Source of the DNA: Sedimentisphaeraceae bacterium JB056
GTDB lineage: Bacteria > Planctomycetota > Phycisphaerae > Sedimentisphaerales > Sedimentisphaeraceae
Length of the DNA: 64,000 nt
Assembly: GCA_044440125.1 (NCBI GenBank)
Contig: JBITAJ010000016.1
Coordinates: forward strand, 23,618-87,617
Direction: 5' to 3'
The notes under the pieces are model-generated. The model saw only the letters and a list, made by a program, of their open reading frames with translations, was not told where the DNA came from and made no database searches. Positions within the stretch are counted from its first letter, which is position 1. Every line of letters starts with the position of its first letter. This document shows positions 18,612 through 29,269 of this stretch, piece after piece. Both the position numbers and the translations under genes were made by a program.

Positions 18612-20654
18612 ATGCGTATTATGGTATTCATATTATTTTTTCAAGTATTTTTAGCTTGTGCCGCAGATCAGCTCGTTCCGACTGAAAATCTAAAGATATG
18701 GCTTGTTGCCGACAGTGTTGAATCATCTACTGATTCATTTTTGTCAACCATTCCCAATAAATCTAACAGCAGGTATGCTGCAAATCAGATAAAAATTGAA
18801 TATCGCCCTCTATACATTAAAAATTTCATTGAAAACAGGCCGGTTATTTCTCTTTCAGACATGAGAGGTTTTTCTTTTGGTGCTTTGCGAGCGACAACTG
18901 AAACAACCGTTTATGTCGGATATTATAAAGAAGTACACGGGCAAGATACTGAATTTCAAATAGTTAAATTTGAACCGGATGATATTTTAGCTAAAAATCA
19001 AAAGGCCGGTTTTGTTCTTGGTATATACAATGGTATGCTGTCTTTTCATGGAAAGCCGGGCTATTCGGCGGCTTTTACTGAGTTTCTTATGTATGACCAC
19101 TTGCTCACGAGTGAGCAAGATGAAAAAATCCGCAGTTATCTCAGAGCTCGCTATAATCTTAAGAACGATAAGCGTTATCTTAAAAGTAATACGCTGATTG
19201 GGGCTGATGGTATAATAGATGTTTCGAATACTGTAAGTCTTGCCAATAAGAATATGATATGTGCAGTTGCTTGGGTGAACAATGAAAGGGTTGTGCCTAA
19301 AAAGTCAGTTGATCTGCTGCGAAGTTATAATTATGGTGAAAAATGGTCAAAGACAACCATACGTATTCTTGGCAGCGAGGAGTTCACAGGGAGTATTTCC
19401 CCCTTTATGTATCTGAGCGGTTCAGATATATTGTATTTTTTCTACTCAAAATCGGATTCCGGCCGCAAAAGAATTGCTTATAAATTTTCTGATGATAACG
19501 GATATAGCTGGTCGGAAGAAATTTTATTAGATGTTTCAGAGTCAGTTGGCGATATAAGCATATATCAAAGCATACATTTTAACGGTGAAACACTTTTTCT
19601 ACTTAAAGACTCTGTAAATGGTCCGGCTATTTTAAGATCAGCCGATATTGCGACATCATTGAAGCCTAATTCTGTTACCTGGAAGCTGGAGCGAATTGAT
19701 AGTGAGACTTTGGGAAGTGATGTTGCCGGCAGTATTTCCATGCTTTCTCACAATGGGAATGTATACTGTTTCTTCACTGATGAAGATGATTTTCTGAAAT
19801 ATATCTCATTGATTGACGGCAAGGACTGGTCTGATCCTAAAAAAATATCAAATGGGGATTCTTACTTTCGTAATCCGCAAAAAGAGGGCATTTATGCCGT
19901 TTCAGATTCTTCAGGTATTTTAATTTTCTTCAGAAATAATACAGGGCTTAAAGAAGAACATTCTGATACAATATGGGTCGCGAAAGGCGTTCATGATGGT
20001 GAAGATTTTATCTGGGGTTGCCCGCAGATTGCAACATACAACTATTCATATGACACTGAATCTTCTATTGAAATACGTTCAATTGTTAATGTTGACAATG
20101 ATATCAAGGCGGCTTTTACTAATAGTGATTCTGCCTATTTTTGCCTCATAGGAGAAATCGTAAATTCAGATATTGCACCGAAGGGTGTAGGGAACTTTGA
20201 GTTAAAGGGGAGGTATGATCATAAGAATATATATGATTTGCCAAGTCTGCCTTCACTTTTAACTGGCAGTGTTATTATCGATTTGGATTCGAAAAAAGAA
20301 ATTCTTGCAACCGATAGCGTTATTTTTAAGATAGGTGATGATGATAAAAAAATCGTTTTTTTTGTTGAAGACAGTCGGTTCGGATTATATTTGAAAAACG
20401 GTAAAATGTCTTCCATTCTGAAAACGGAACAGTATAGTGAAGAAAAAGACAGGAATGTTGTTATAGAAGTTGACGGTAACGCGAATATTATGCGTATTTT
20501 AGTTGATGGCAGTATGAGTAATTGGCATGAACCTCCTGTTGGAGGTTGGGCTTATTTTTCTTCTGAAATAGGTCAATTTGCAGGTCAGAATAAACTGACT
20601 ATACCATTGAATATGCATAATAACATTAACAAGCTTAGCATTCATTTGAGATAG
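18612..20654 (+). CDS. Secreted BNR/Asp-box (sialidase-fold-like) protein
   Basis: Signal peptide; Asp-boxes RSYNYGEKWS and FSDDNGYSWS; beta-rich flanking domains. Confidence 0.6.
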   Translation: MRIMVFILFFQVFLACAADQLVPTENLKIWLVADSVESSTDSFLSTIPNKSNSRYAANQIKIEYRPLYIKNFIENRPVISLSDMRGFSFGALRATTETTVYVGYYKEVHGQDTEFQIVKFEPDDILAKNQKAGFVLGIYNGMLSFHGKPGYSAAFTEFLMYDHLLTSEQDEKIRSYLRARYNLKNDKRYLKSNTLIGADGIIDVSNTVSLANKNMICAVAWVNNERVVPKKSVDLLRSYNYGEKWSKTTIRILGSEEFTGSISPFMYLSGSDILYFFYSKSDSGRKRIAYKFSDDNGYSWSEEILLDVSESVGDISIYQSIHFNGETLFLLKDSVNGPAILRSADIATSLKPNSVTWKLERIDSETLGSDVAGSISMLSHNGNVYCFFTDEDDFLKYISLIDGKDWSDPKKISNGDSYFRNPQKEGIYAVSDSSGILIFFRNNTGLKEEHSDTIWVAKGVHDGEDFIWGCPQIATYNYSYDTESSIEIRSIVNVDNDIKAAFTNSDSAYFCLIGEIVNSDIAPKGVGNFELKGRYDHKNIYDLPSLPSLLTGSVIIDLDSKKEILATDSVIFKIGDDDKKIVFFVEDSRFGLYLKNGKMSSILKTEQYSEEKDRNVVIEVDGNANIMRILVDGSMSNWHEPPVGGWAYFSSEIGQFAGQNKLTIPLNMHNNINKLSIHLR

Positions 20655-20680
20655 CCTGAGCCTTGTGGAGGATTTTGCAG

Positions 20681-21793
20681 ATGGATAACGATATTGTCTT
20701 GACCTTTGATGAATCAAGACTGAAAATTAAGACCGGTTCTTTCTTAGGTACAAAACAGCTTAAGAAGTTTTGGCATGATCTTCATACGGTATTATCGAGC
20801 AAAAATGTCAAGAGCATTGAAGTTGACACCTCAATGCTTACGGATATTGATAATAGCGGAGCGGCCTTGTTGGTATATATGGAGAATACCTCTGCAAAAA
20901 AAGGAATTGAATTCTGTTTTAACGGACTTAGTGATGATATTTCAGAGACACTTAATTCTTTCAGAGTGAATCTTGCAAAACCTGAAAAAATAAACCATAT
21001 ACGTTCTTTCGTTGAAGACCTTGGCAGAGGAAGTATGGGGCTATTCGAAAGTTTTGAAAGTGATGTAGGTTTTGTCGGCAAGTTGGCAAGCAGTTTTTTT
21101 AGACTCTTTCGTAATCCTGGAGAGCTGCGATGGAAAGATACGCTTATAGTCAGTGAACTTGCAGGGGTTAACTCGTTTTGGATATGCTCGACTATAGGTG
21201 TTTTGTTCGGACTTATACTTGCTTTTCAGTCAGCAATGCCTATGAAGCAATTTGGTGCTGAAATTTATGTGGCAAGTCTTGTTTCAATGTCTTTGTTCAG
21301 AGTTCTCGGTCCATTTATTGCGGCCATCCTGTTTGCAGCAAGAAGCGGTTCGGCATTTGCAGCAGAGATTGGAACCATGAAAGTTAATGAGGAGATTGAT
21401 GCACTGATAACCATGGGGCTTGATCCGGTTAGCTTCCTTACTCTTCCGCGAGTCATAAGCGGAGTTATCTTTGTACCTCTTTTGACTGCAGTAGTAAATC
21501 TATTTGGCCTTATAGGCATGTTCGGTGTCATGTTTTCTCTTGGTTATCCTTTTGCAACGATATACCAGCAAGTGATAAACTTTACAACTCTTACAGATAT
21601 GACAGGTGGGCTTTGCAAAGCTTTGGTTTTTGGACTTCTGGTTGCCGGTGTAGGATGTCTGCGAGGTTTGCAGACAACGACCGGGTCACAGGCAGTAGGT
21701 CAGGCAGCAACCAAAGCGGTAGTCAGTGGTATCGTGCTGGTGGTTGTCGCGGAAGGTATTTTTTCAGTAATATTCTATGTGTTGGGGATATAA
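20681..21793 (+). CDS. mlaE: MlaE-family ABC permease with N-terminal STAS domain
   Basis: STAS motif DIDNSGA; ARSGSAFAAEIGTMKVNEEIDAL; VGQAATKAVV; SD GGAGG. Confidence 0.93.
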   Translation: MDNDIVLTFDESRLKIKTGSFLGTKQLKKFWHDLHTVLSSKNVKSIEVDTSMLTDIDNSGAALLVYMENTSAKKGIEFCFNGLSDDISETLNSFRVNLAKPEKINHIRSFVEDLGRGSMGLFESFESDVGFVGKLASSFFRLFRNPGELRWKDTLIVSELAGVNSFWICSTIGVLFGLILAFQSAMPMKQFGAEIYVASLVSMSLFRVLGPFIAAILFAARSGSAFAAEIGTMKVNEEIDALITMGLDPVSFLTLPRVISGVIFVPLLTAVVNLFGLIGMFGVMFSLGYPFATIYQQVINFTTLTDMTGGLCKALVFGLLVAGVGCLRGLQTTTGSQAVGQAATKAVVSGIVLVVVAEGIFSVIFYVLGI

Positions 21794-21794
21794 A

Positions 21795-22544
21795 GTGGAA
21801 AACGGCGATACTATCATTACAGTTAAGAACCTTAAAGCCGGTTACGGTGAAGAACTGATTCTTGACGACATAAATTTCGATGTAAAAAGAGGTGAGATTT
21901 TTGTTATCCTTGGCGGTTCAGGTTGTGGTAAAAGCACGCTGCTAAAACATATGATAGGGCTTTATGAGCCGATCCAGGGTAGTGTTTTTATTGATGGTAA
22001 GAATATTGTGTCAACCTTTGGGCAGGAGAGAACAGAGATTATAAAGAGCTTCGGTGTGTCATATCAGAATGGTGCTTTGTTTGGATCCATGACTGTTCTC
22101 GAAAACTTGCGGTTACCGCTTGAAGAGTTTACCGATCTTCCTAAAGATATAATGGATATGATTTGTGTGTCAAGACTTAAGCTTGTCGGTCTTGAAGATA
22201 CGGGTGATTTGATGCCCTCGGAGTTAAGTGGTGGTATGAAGAAACGTGTGGCCATTGCAAGGGCTATGGTTTTGGAACCCAAGATTATATTCCTTGATGA
22301 GCCTTCTGCCGGTCTTGATCCAATTTCTTCCGTCGAGCTTGACAGGCTCATCAAGCGGCTCTCGAAGAGTTTAGGAATTACGTTTGTTGTTGTTACTCAT
22401 GAGCTTGAGAGTATTTTTACTATTGCAGATCGTGTTATCATGCTTGATAAACAGAAGAAAGGCGTGATTGCTGAAGGTGACCCATCTGAATTGAAAGATA
22501 ATTCTGATGATCCTTGGGTCAAAAAATTCTTTAATCGTGAATGA
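21795..22544 (+). CDS. mlaF: MlaF-family ABC ATPase
   Basis: GGSGCGKST, PSELSGGMKKRVAIARA, DEPSAGLDP, VTHEL. Confidence 0.93.
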   Translation: MENGDTIITVKNLKAGYGEELILDDINFDVKRGEIFVILGGSGCGKSTLLKHMIGLYEPIQGSVFIDGKNIVSTFGQERTEIIKSFGVSYQNGALFGSMTVLENLRLPLEEFTDLPKDIMDMICVSRLKLVGLEDTGDLMPSELSGGMKKRVAIARAMVLEPKIIFLDEPSAGLDPISSVELDRLIKRLSKSLGITFVVVTHELESIFTIADRVIMLDKQKKGVIAEGDPSELKDNSDDPWVKKFFNRE

Positions 22545-22564
22545 ATAATAATGAGGTTTTATTA

Positions 22565-23467
22565 ATGAGAGTACGAAGATATTTTAGTTTGATATTCGCA
22601 GCGATGTTCATTTTTATGAGCGGTTGCTGCAATAATTTGGATAAGACAAAGTGTAAGAGCGGTGGGGGACTTGAGCCTAAAGTTCTTGGCTATGGACAAG
22701 AGGCTTTCAAGATAGGTGAGCTTATATACTCAAGTGATTTTACTTATCCCGAAAACTGGATAATACAGATTCAGCCCAAAGATGGCTTTGAACAAGGCAA
22801 GGTTGTTTTTGAAAACAATAAGCTTGATGCTTTTATGCCGGGCAGAGGATGCACTATATGGTTTAATAAAGAGCTGCATAATGGCGTTACAATTGTCTAT
22901 GATGTTGTTTGCCCGTCTGAAAGTGCAGAAACCGATGGTATTCAAGTTCGTGATATTAACAATTTCTGGATGGCAAGCGGCCCGCCCGAGGCCTCAGAGC
23001 TTTTTAATCCGGCGGATTATTCAGGGGCTTTTCTTGATTATCATAAAATAAACTGCTATTATGCAAGTACAGGTGGCGGGGGCGCCAAAGGGAATCAGAC
23101 TACTCGTTTCAGGATATATCCTCGAAAAGTTAATGGTGAAAATGTTCCTCATCTTGCGCTTCAGTATCGGGATGGCATTGAAGATTATCTGATTACGCCG
23201 GACAAAAAGCATACTATTCAGCTTACGGCATTTGATGATATCATACAGTATATTGTGGATGGCAAGGTTGTTTATGAGATAAAGAATGGTGATGAGGTCA
23301 AAGTTCAGAGCATAACAGATGGCGGCATAGAATTTGAGGATTCTGTTTATAATACTGCCAAATCTGAGTTTCCGATGTATACAAAAGGTTATTTCGGTCT
23401 TAGGATGGTGGCTTCGCATCATCTCTATTCAAATTTCAGAGTGTATAAACTTGATGCGTTAAAATAA
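22565..23467 (+). CDS. Lipoprotein, DUF6250/YesU-like domain
   Basis: Lipobox MSGC; GCTIWFNKEL, RDINNFWMA, YYASTGG..NQTTRFRIY, GYFGLR. Confidence 0.65.
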   Translation: MRVRRYFSLIFAAMFIFMSGCCNNLDKTKCKSGGGLEPKVLGYGQEAFKIGELIYSSDFTYPENWIIQIQPKDGFEQGKVVFENNKLDAFMPGRGCTIWFNKELHNGVTIVYDVVCPSESAETDGIQVRDINNFWMASGPPEASELFNPADYSGAFLDYHKINCYYASTGGGGAKGNQTTRFRIYPRKVNGENVPHLALQYRDGIEDYLITPDKKHTIQLTAFDDIIQYIVDGKVVYEIKNGDEVKVQSITDGGIEFEDSVYNTAKSEFPMYTKGYFGLRMVASHHLYSNFRVYKLDALK

Positions 23468-23496
23468 TTTTATCAAGAGAAAATGTGAAATAAAAT

Positions 23497-23530
23497 AAAG
23501 GGGCGACATATTGTTATATGTCGCCCCTTT
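23497..23530. terminator. Bidirectional intrinsic terminator between convergent genes
   Basis: AAAGGGGCGACATAT-TGTT-ATATGTCGCCCCTTT with A/T-rich flanks. Confidence 0.85.
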
Positions 23531-23539
23531 TAGGTTTTA

Positions 23540-24991
23540 TTATACTGTGTAGGTTGAAGCTGCGGTATCGCCGCCTTTACCTGTCCAGTTCGTATGGAAG
23601 AACTCACCGCGAGATTTGTCAACTCTTTCGTAAGTGTGAGCTCCAAAATAATCACGTTGTGCCTGGAGGAGATTTGCAGGAAGTCTATCGCTTCTGTAAC
23701 CATCATAGAAGGCCAGTGCAGCACTTATTGCCGGCATAGGTATTCCAAGTTCAACAGCCTTTACTACCACTCTTCTCCATGAAGCTTGTGCATTCTTAAC
23801 TGCATCGGCAAAGAATGGATCCAGCAGGAGGTTTACAAGGTCAGGACAGTTCTCGAAAGCGTCTTTGATCTTGCCAAGGAATACAGAACGGATAATGCAA
23901 CCGCCTCTCCACATGAGGGCTATTCCGCCGTAGTTCAGTTTCCAACCATATTCAGCGGCCGCGGCACGCATGAGCTGGTATCCTTGTGCATAGCTTATGA
24001 TCTTTGATGCGTAAAGAGCCTCACGCAGGTCATTGATCAGCTCGGCTTTATCGCCGTCAAATTTTGTACCAGGCCCGTTAAGTGTTTTAGATGCTTCAAC
24101 ACGTTCTCCTTTAAGTGCAGAAAGACATCTTGCGAATACTGCTTCACCTATAAGTGTAAGCGGCTGTCCGAGATCAAGAGCAGAAATTGCGGTCCATTTT
24201 CCAGTGCCTTTCTGGCCGGCAGTATCAAGGATGAGGTCAACAACTTCATTTCCGTCTTCGTCCTTATATCCAAGTATATCACGTGTTATTTCTATTAGGT
24301 ATGAGTCGAGTTCGCCTTCATTCCATTCCTTGAAAACTTCGTGCATTTCACTATTACTTAGGCCCAATCCCTGCTTCATCATCTGGTATGTTTCACAGAT
24401 CATCTGCATGTCGCCATACTCAATACCGTTGTGGACCATCTTCACGAAGTGACCTGCGCCACCTTCGCCTACCCATTCGCAGCATGGTTCGCCGGTTTCG
24501 GTGTGTGCGGATATTTTTTGCAGAATCGGTTTTACACTATCCCAAGCAGCAGGTGAGCCGCCGGGCATAATAGATGGGCCGATTAATGCGCCTTCTTCGC
24601 CGCCTGAAACGCCTGTTCCGATGTAGAGCTTGCCTTTGCTTTCCACGTATTCGGTACGGCGGATAGTATCAGGGAAGTGGCTGTTGCCGCCGTCGATGAT
24701 GATATCGCCATCATCAAGAAGAGGCAGTACCTGATCGATGAAAGCGTCAACAGGTTTGCCGGCTTTGACCATTATCATTACCTTGCGAGGAGTCTTCAGG
24801 GAGTTTACCATTTCCTCAACACTGTGAGCACCGATGATATTTTTGCCCTTAGCTCGTCCATTTATGAAATTATCCACTTTTTCTACTGTACGGTTGTAAC
24901 ATGCTACGGTAAAGCCTTTGCTTTCCATATTCAGTATGAGATTCTCACCCATAACCGCCAAACCTACAACTGCAATATCTGCTTTTGACAT
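23540..24991 (-). CDS. gnd: 6-phosphogluconate dehydrogenase, decarboxylating
   Basis: GLAVMG, YNRT, GVSGGEEGA, VKMVHNGIEYGDMQ, QAQRDYFGAHTYER. Confidence 0.98.
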   Translation of the reverse strand: MSKADIAVVGLAVMGENLILNMESKGFTVACYNRTVEKVDNFINGRAKGKNIIGAHSVEEMVNSLKTPRKVMIMVKAGKPVDAFIDQVLPLLDDGDIIIDGGNSHFPDTIRRTEYVESKGKLYIGTGVSGGEEGALIGPSIMPGGSPAAWDSVKPILQKISAHTETGEPCCEWVGEGGAGHFVKMVHNGIEYGDMQMICETYQMMKQGLGLSNSEMHEVFKEWNEGELDSYLIEITRDILGYKDEDGNEVVDLILDTAGQKGTGKWTAISALDLGQPLTLIGEAVFARCLSALKGERVEASKTLNGPGTKFDGDKAELINDLREALYASKIISYAQGYQLMRAAAAEYGWKLNYGGIALMWRGGCIIRSVFLGKIKDAFENCPDLVNLLLDPFFADAVKNAQASWRRVVVKAVELGIPMPAISAALAFYDGYRSDRLPANLLQAQRDYFGAHTYERVDKSRGEFFHTNWTGKGGDTAASTYTV

Positions 24992-25072
24992 TTTAAACTC
25001 CTTGTTTGGTTTTTAATATTACACTATCAAATTTTATTATCTGTTCAGATCGTCTTTTGTCAATCTTTAATA

Positions 25073-26146
25073 CTATCGTTTTACCCTTGCATTGCCTTCC
25101 CAGATGCTCCAGAGTTGAGCCTCGTCGGCCGGTTGAGCATAATCTGTCAGCATTGTAGCGGCCAGTGCTCCGGCGGCCCAGCCAAAACGTGCGCATTTTT
25201 TAACATCCCAGTCCTTGAGGATGCCGTAGAGCAGTCCGCCTACGAAACCGTCGCCGCCGCCGATACGGTCCAGTACGCCAATCTCACGCGGCTTGATGAT
25301 TTCCCATTCTTTGCTGTCAGTTACTAACGCGCCCCACATGTGGCAGTTGGCAGAGACAACCTCTCGAAGGGTTGTGCCAAAATAAGTCGCGTTTGGATAG
25401 GCCTTCTGCACCCGGCCGATCATTTCCTTAAAACCATCGATTTTGGCGTCCAGTCCACGACCGCCGGCTTCCGGGCCTTGAATGCCCAGGCAAAGCTGGA
25501 AGTCTTCTTCGTTACCGATCAAAATATCACTTCGGGAAGCAATCTCCGCAAACGTTTTTGCAAGTTCTTTTTCGCGGCCCTTCCAGAAGCTGGCACGATG
25601 GTTGAGGTCGAACGATATCAGCGAACCATTTTCTTTGGCCACGCGGGCGACGTCCAGGCAGAATTGGCTGGTTTTCGGTGAAAGAGCTGCGATCAGGCCT
25701 GACAAGTGTACGATCCTGGCGCCTTCTTTGGCAAAGATTCTGTCCAGATCAAAATCATCCGCACTCAACTCACGGCCGACTTCTCCGGCGCGGTCGTTTT
25801 GCACGCGAGGTCCGCGCGTGCCCCAGCCGCTGTCGGCCATATTGATCTGGTGACGATAACCCCAAGGGTTGTCCTGATCGAATTCCGGTCCTTCAAAATC
25901 CATCCGGCGGCTTCCCAGGTTGTCTTTGATAAAGTGTGCACACGGGCTGCCCTTTACAAAGGCCGTCAATACTTTGACAGGCATTCCCAGTAATGATGAT
26001 ACGCTTGCGACATTGCTTTCGGCGCTGGTGGCCTGCATCTTGAACGTATCGCTGCAATGAAATGGCTGTGAATCCACCGGTGTCAGCCGCAGTCCCATAC
26101 TTGTTGGAACAAGCAGGGCATATTTTTTTTCTTCTGTTTTAGTCAT
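25073..26146 (-). CDS. PfkB-family sugar-acid kinase (KdgK-like)
   Basis: FDLNHRASFW, GNEED, DRIGGGDGFVGG. Confidence 0.88.
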   Translation of the reverse strand: MTKTEEKKYALLVPTSMGLRLTPVDSQPFHCSDTFKMQATSAESNVASVSSLLGMPVKVLTAFVKGSPCAHFIKDNLGSRRMDFEGPEFDQDNPWGYRHQINMADSGWGTRGPRVQNDRAGEVGRELSADDFDLDRIFAKEGARIVHLSGLIAALSPKTSQFCLDVARVAKENGSLISFDLNHRASFWKGREKELAKTFAEIASRSDILIGNEEDFQLCLGIQGPEAGGRGLDAKIDGFKEMIGRVQKAYPNATYFGTTLREVVSANCHMWGALVTDSKEWEIIKPREIGVLDRIGGGDGFVGGLLYGILKDWDVKKCARFGWAAGALAATMLTDYAQPADEAQLWSIWEGNARVKR

Positions 26147-26169
26147 TATCTGGCTCCCTATAAAACATA

Positions 26170-27432
26170 TTAAAATCGTTCTTTGAATGCCCAGAGGCCC
26201 ATAGCCGGATTCGAGATATAGAATATCTCTTCACCATCGACTATATTGAATCCGTCCTTAAGTCTCTTGGGGTCATATTTTTGAGTCGCTTCATTCAGGT
26301 CTCTGTACTTGAAGTTGACAGACTCTATTTCATTACGTGTAAGCTTGCCGGGGCAATATGTTATAGTGAATCGACCCTCAGATGAACCATGTATAAGATG
26401 AGCTGCAGCACTGAGATTGTTGCGAAGCTCTTCGTTTTCTTTTACAAGTTCCAGCACTTTCTCAGAACCAACGTAACCATATTTACGTATCAGACGGTCT
26501 ATTTCTTTGTCCTCGCCGAATTCTTTAAGCCCCGGTGCGAGAACTATGAGTTCTCCATCATCAGCCATGGCCATTCGTGTTCTGTACACACTTTTGTTGC
26601 CAAGCCATGTGCTTTTGAACTCTTCGGGTTCAAGGTAAACCACTACCTTTTTCAACGGTTTATCAAGCATTTTGAAGTTTACTTTCAAAGACAAATCCGC
26701 TGCTTTCTGGTAGCACTGGATGTCGTCACTTATGAAAATACCTCGCGTCTTCTGACCTTCATCCGAAGCTGCTACAACAGTTTGGACGTATACTATGGGG
26801 AGATTCTGGGCAAAGTTATCGGAAGCGTAGTTCAATACCTGTCTGACAGGAGAATCTGCACGGCCCATAATTTTTTCCATACCATAAGCCGCTCCGAGGA
26901 AGTGGCTTTTGTTTATGCCTTCTGAGCCACCTGTTCCGACGAAGATATTCTTGTTGTAGTTTGCCATGCCTATTACTTCGTGCGGTACAACCTGGCCTAT
27001 CGAAAGTATCAGGTCAAAGCCGCCTTCAACAAGTAATCTGTTGACCTGTGCGGGCCAGTCAAAATCGACTTTGCCGCCGCTCACTTCTTTCACGAATTCA
27101 GATGGAACAATGCCAAGTGTTGCAAGGTCGTTTCGCCAGTCATGAACTCTGAATAAGTCTTTAGGCACGCTGCCAAACATGCGTTTGATTTCATCGTCGG
27201 TCATAGCAAAATGAGTACCGAGTGCAGGCAGTATGTCTGTAAGTTTCTCGCCGTAATATTGCCATGCAAGCTCAGTAAGCTCACCTGAGCGAGAATAAAA
27301 TCGTGTGATATCTGGAGGTATTACAAGAACCTTCTTTACGTCTCCGATTTTATCAAGAGCCGTATAAAGGGCTTCTTTCAAATCGGAAGATTTTAGGTCT
27401 TCGTTCTCTCCACCGCGGCTGTAGTATAGCAT
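26170..27432 (-). CDS. LarA-superfamily racemase/epimerase (candidate mannonate/gluconate 2-epimerase)
   Basis: IPPDITR, ALGTHFAM, VHDW, VVPHEVIG..NYNKN; sugar-acid operon context. Confidence 0.8.
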   Translation of the reverse strand: MLYYSRGGENEDLKSSDLKEALYTALDKIGDVKKVLVIPPDITRFYSRSGELTELAWQYYGEKLTDILPALGTHFAMTDDEIKRMFGSVPKDLFRVHDWRNDLATLGIVPSEFVKEVSGGKVDFDWPAQVNRLLVEGGFDLILSIGQVVPHEVIGMANYNKNIFVGTGGSEGINKSHFLGAAYGMEKIMGRADSPVRQVLNYASDNFAQNLPIVYVQTVVAASDEGQKTRGIFISDDIQCYQKAADLSLKVNFKMLDKPLKKVVVYLEPEEFKSTWLGNKSVYRTRMAMADDGELIVLAPGLKEFGEDKEIDRLIRKYGYVGSEKVLELVKENEELRNNLSAAAHLIHGSSEGRFTITYCPGKLTRNEIESVNFKYRDLNEATQKYDPKRLKDGFNIVDGEEIFYISNPAMGLWAFKERF

Positions 27433-27467
27433 TTTTAATTACCCATGTATATTATTGAGTTAAAGTT

Positions 27468-28370
27468 TTAGACCCATGAAGGGTTTTCCGGCAGCTGATC
27501 ATGGAATTCCTTAATCAAAGAATCCTCATATTCTCCTGCATATTCGCCTGCGGTGAATTTGTCAAATGCTTCTTCGTAGAATCTCTTCCATGACAGTTCA
27601 CCATTATGAGGGTTTATAGGGAAGAAAAGTATTCCGTTGTCTCTTGCTGCTTTTTCATCGCCGGGCGCATCGCCTATCATTAGGCATTTGTCTTTGTCGT
27701 ATTTGCTGTCAATAGCTATCTTGAGATGCTCGCTTTTGGTTCCCATTTCCTGGCCTGCGATTACGCTGACATAGCCGTCGATGCTGTGTTCTGCCCATTC
27801 TCTTTCGAGTGCTTCACATGGTGTCTGTGAGCATACGATGACATCTGCTTTTCCCTGAAGTTTTTCAAGTGATTCACGGACGTACTGAAACGGAGGAACG
27901 TTTTTGACTATCGCTCGTACTGTCTCGTTAACTTTCTTGCTCCACTCAAGGGCTCTTTGTAGTTCTGCTTTTTGCTCCTGAGATGATGTGTTAGCTATCG
28001 CTTCCTCAAGACCTGCATCGCTGAGCTTGCTGGCTGGATTATTGACCCAGTCGCAATAGAATTTGAAAGGTGGAACCTTGAATCCTCTTTCCTGAACTTT
28101 AGGATGCGAAGGTAGAAGTTCAGTCAGTATTCTTGCGATTGTCTTGTGTCTGTTAAGACCTCTTGTCTTTGAAAAAAGATCTGCAAAATCCTTACATTCA
28201 CGCGCAATCTCTGCCACTGGCTGAAGGTCAAAGTATGCTATATACCATGGGCAAAAGCATTCTCTTTGCTTGATACCCATCGAATCAAATACGCAGCCGT
28301 CAGAATCAATGCCGACAAAGAAGTCGTTTTTCTTCGGTAAATCTTTTAGCGGTTTTGCCGGATCACTCAT
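27468..28370 (-). CDS. HAD-superfamily hydrolase
   Basis: Motif I DSDGC, motif IV MIGDAPGD. Confidence 0.85.
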   Translation of the reverse strand: MSDPAKPLKDLPKKNDFFVGIDSDGCVFDSMGIKQRECFCPWYIAYFDLQPVAEIARECKDFADLFSKTRGLNRHKTIARILTELLPSHPKVQERGFKVPPFKFYCDWVNNPASKLSDAGLEEAIANTSSQEQKAELQRALEWSKKVNETVRAIVKNVPPFQYVRESLEKLQGKADVIVCSQTPCEALEREWAEHSIDGYVSVIAGQEMGTKSEHLKIAIDSKYDKDKCLMIGDAPGDEKAARDNGILFFPINPHNGELSWKRFYEEAFDKFTAGEYAGEYEDSLIKEFHDQLPENPSWV

Positions 28371-28415
28371 ATGTTTATACCTTTACTATTATAGAGTCTT
28401 GGATTAACGTTTGGA

Positions 28416-29234
28416 TTAAACACCGCCAAATGCGCTGTAACCACCGTCAACGGGAACAACAACACCGGTAACGAATTGAGCAGCTTCACTGATCAGCCAG
28501 ATCAATGTGCCGTTAAGTTCCTCTGCATCTCCGAATCTGTCCATAGGTGTGTGGTCAACGATGCTTTGACCGCGAGCTGTATATTCACCTGTTTTTTCAT
28601 CAGTGACGAGGAAGCGGTTTTGGTTTGTTATAAAGAATCCGGGAGCAATTGCGTTTACGCGAATTTTCTTTGAGTAGTTTTGGCACATATGCGTAGCAAG
28701 CCACTGTGTGAAGTTGCTTATAGCGGCTTTGGCTGCTGAGTATGCCGGTATTCTTGTAAGCGGCTTAAAGGCATTCATGCTTGAGATATTTATGATTGTA
28801 CCTTCGCCATTATCAGCCATGATTTTGCCAAAGACCTGTGTCGGAAGAAGTGAACCAAGGAAGTTGAGGTTGAATACAAATTGTATTGCTTCTGCCGGTA
28901 TGTCAAATAAAGGCATATTGTCACCGGTTGTAGCTTTGGGATGGTTGCCGCCTGCACCATTGATAAGTACATCAACTGTGCCGTAAGCTTCCATTACAAT
29001 GTTTTTTGCTTTTTCGATAGAGTCCTTTTCAAGAACGTTGCATTCTACTGCTATCGCATTGCCGCCGTCAGCTTTGATCTGATCGGCAACAGCCTGTGCT
29101 GATTCCAGATTAAGGTCGAGAACGGCAACCTTGGCTCCATGTCCGCCGAGTGATTTTGCCATGCATCCGCAGAGAACTCCGCCTGCTCCTGTTATTACTA
29201 CTACTTTGTCTTTGATGTCGAATAAATTTTTCAT
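28416..29234 (-). CDS. uxuB: SDR-family D-mannonate oxidoreductase (fructuronate reductase)
   Basis: TGAGGVLC, LINGAGGNHPKATT, PLTRIPAYSAAKAAISNFTQWLA. Confidence 0.88.
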   Translation of the reverse strand: MKNLFDIKDKVVVITGAGGVLCGCMAKSLGGHGAKVAVLDLNLESAQAVADQIKADGGNAIAVECNVLEKDSIEKAKNIVMEAYGTVDVLINGAGGNHPKATTGDNMPLFDIPAEAIQFVFNLNFLGSLLPTQVFGKIMADNGEGTIINISSMNAFKPLTRIPAYSAAKAAISNFTQWLATHMCQNYSKKIRVNAIAPGFFITNQNRFLVTDEKTGEYTARGQSIVDHTPMDRFGDAEELNGTLIWLISEAAQFVTGVVVPVDGGYSAFGGV

Positions 29235-29269
29235 TGTTTTCCTGTTTATTATCTGTAAGTGAAATCTAT

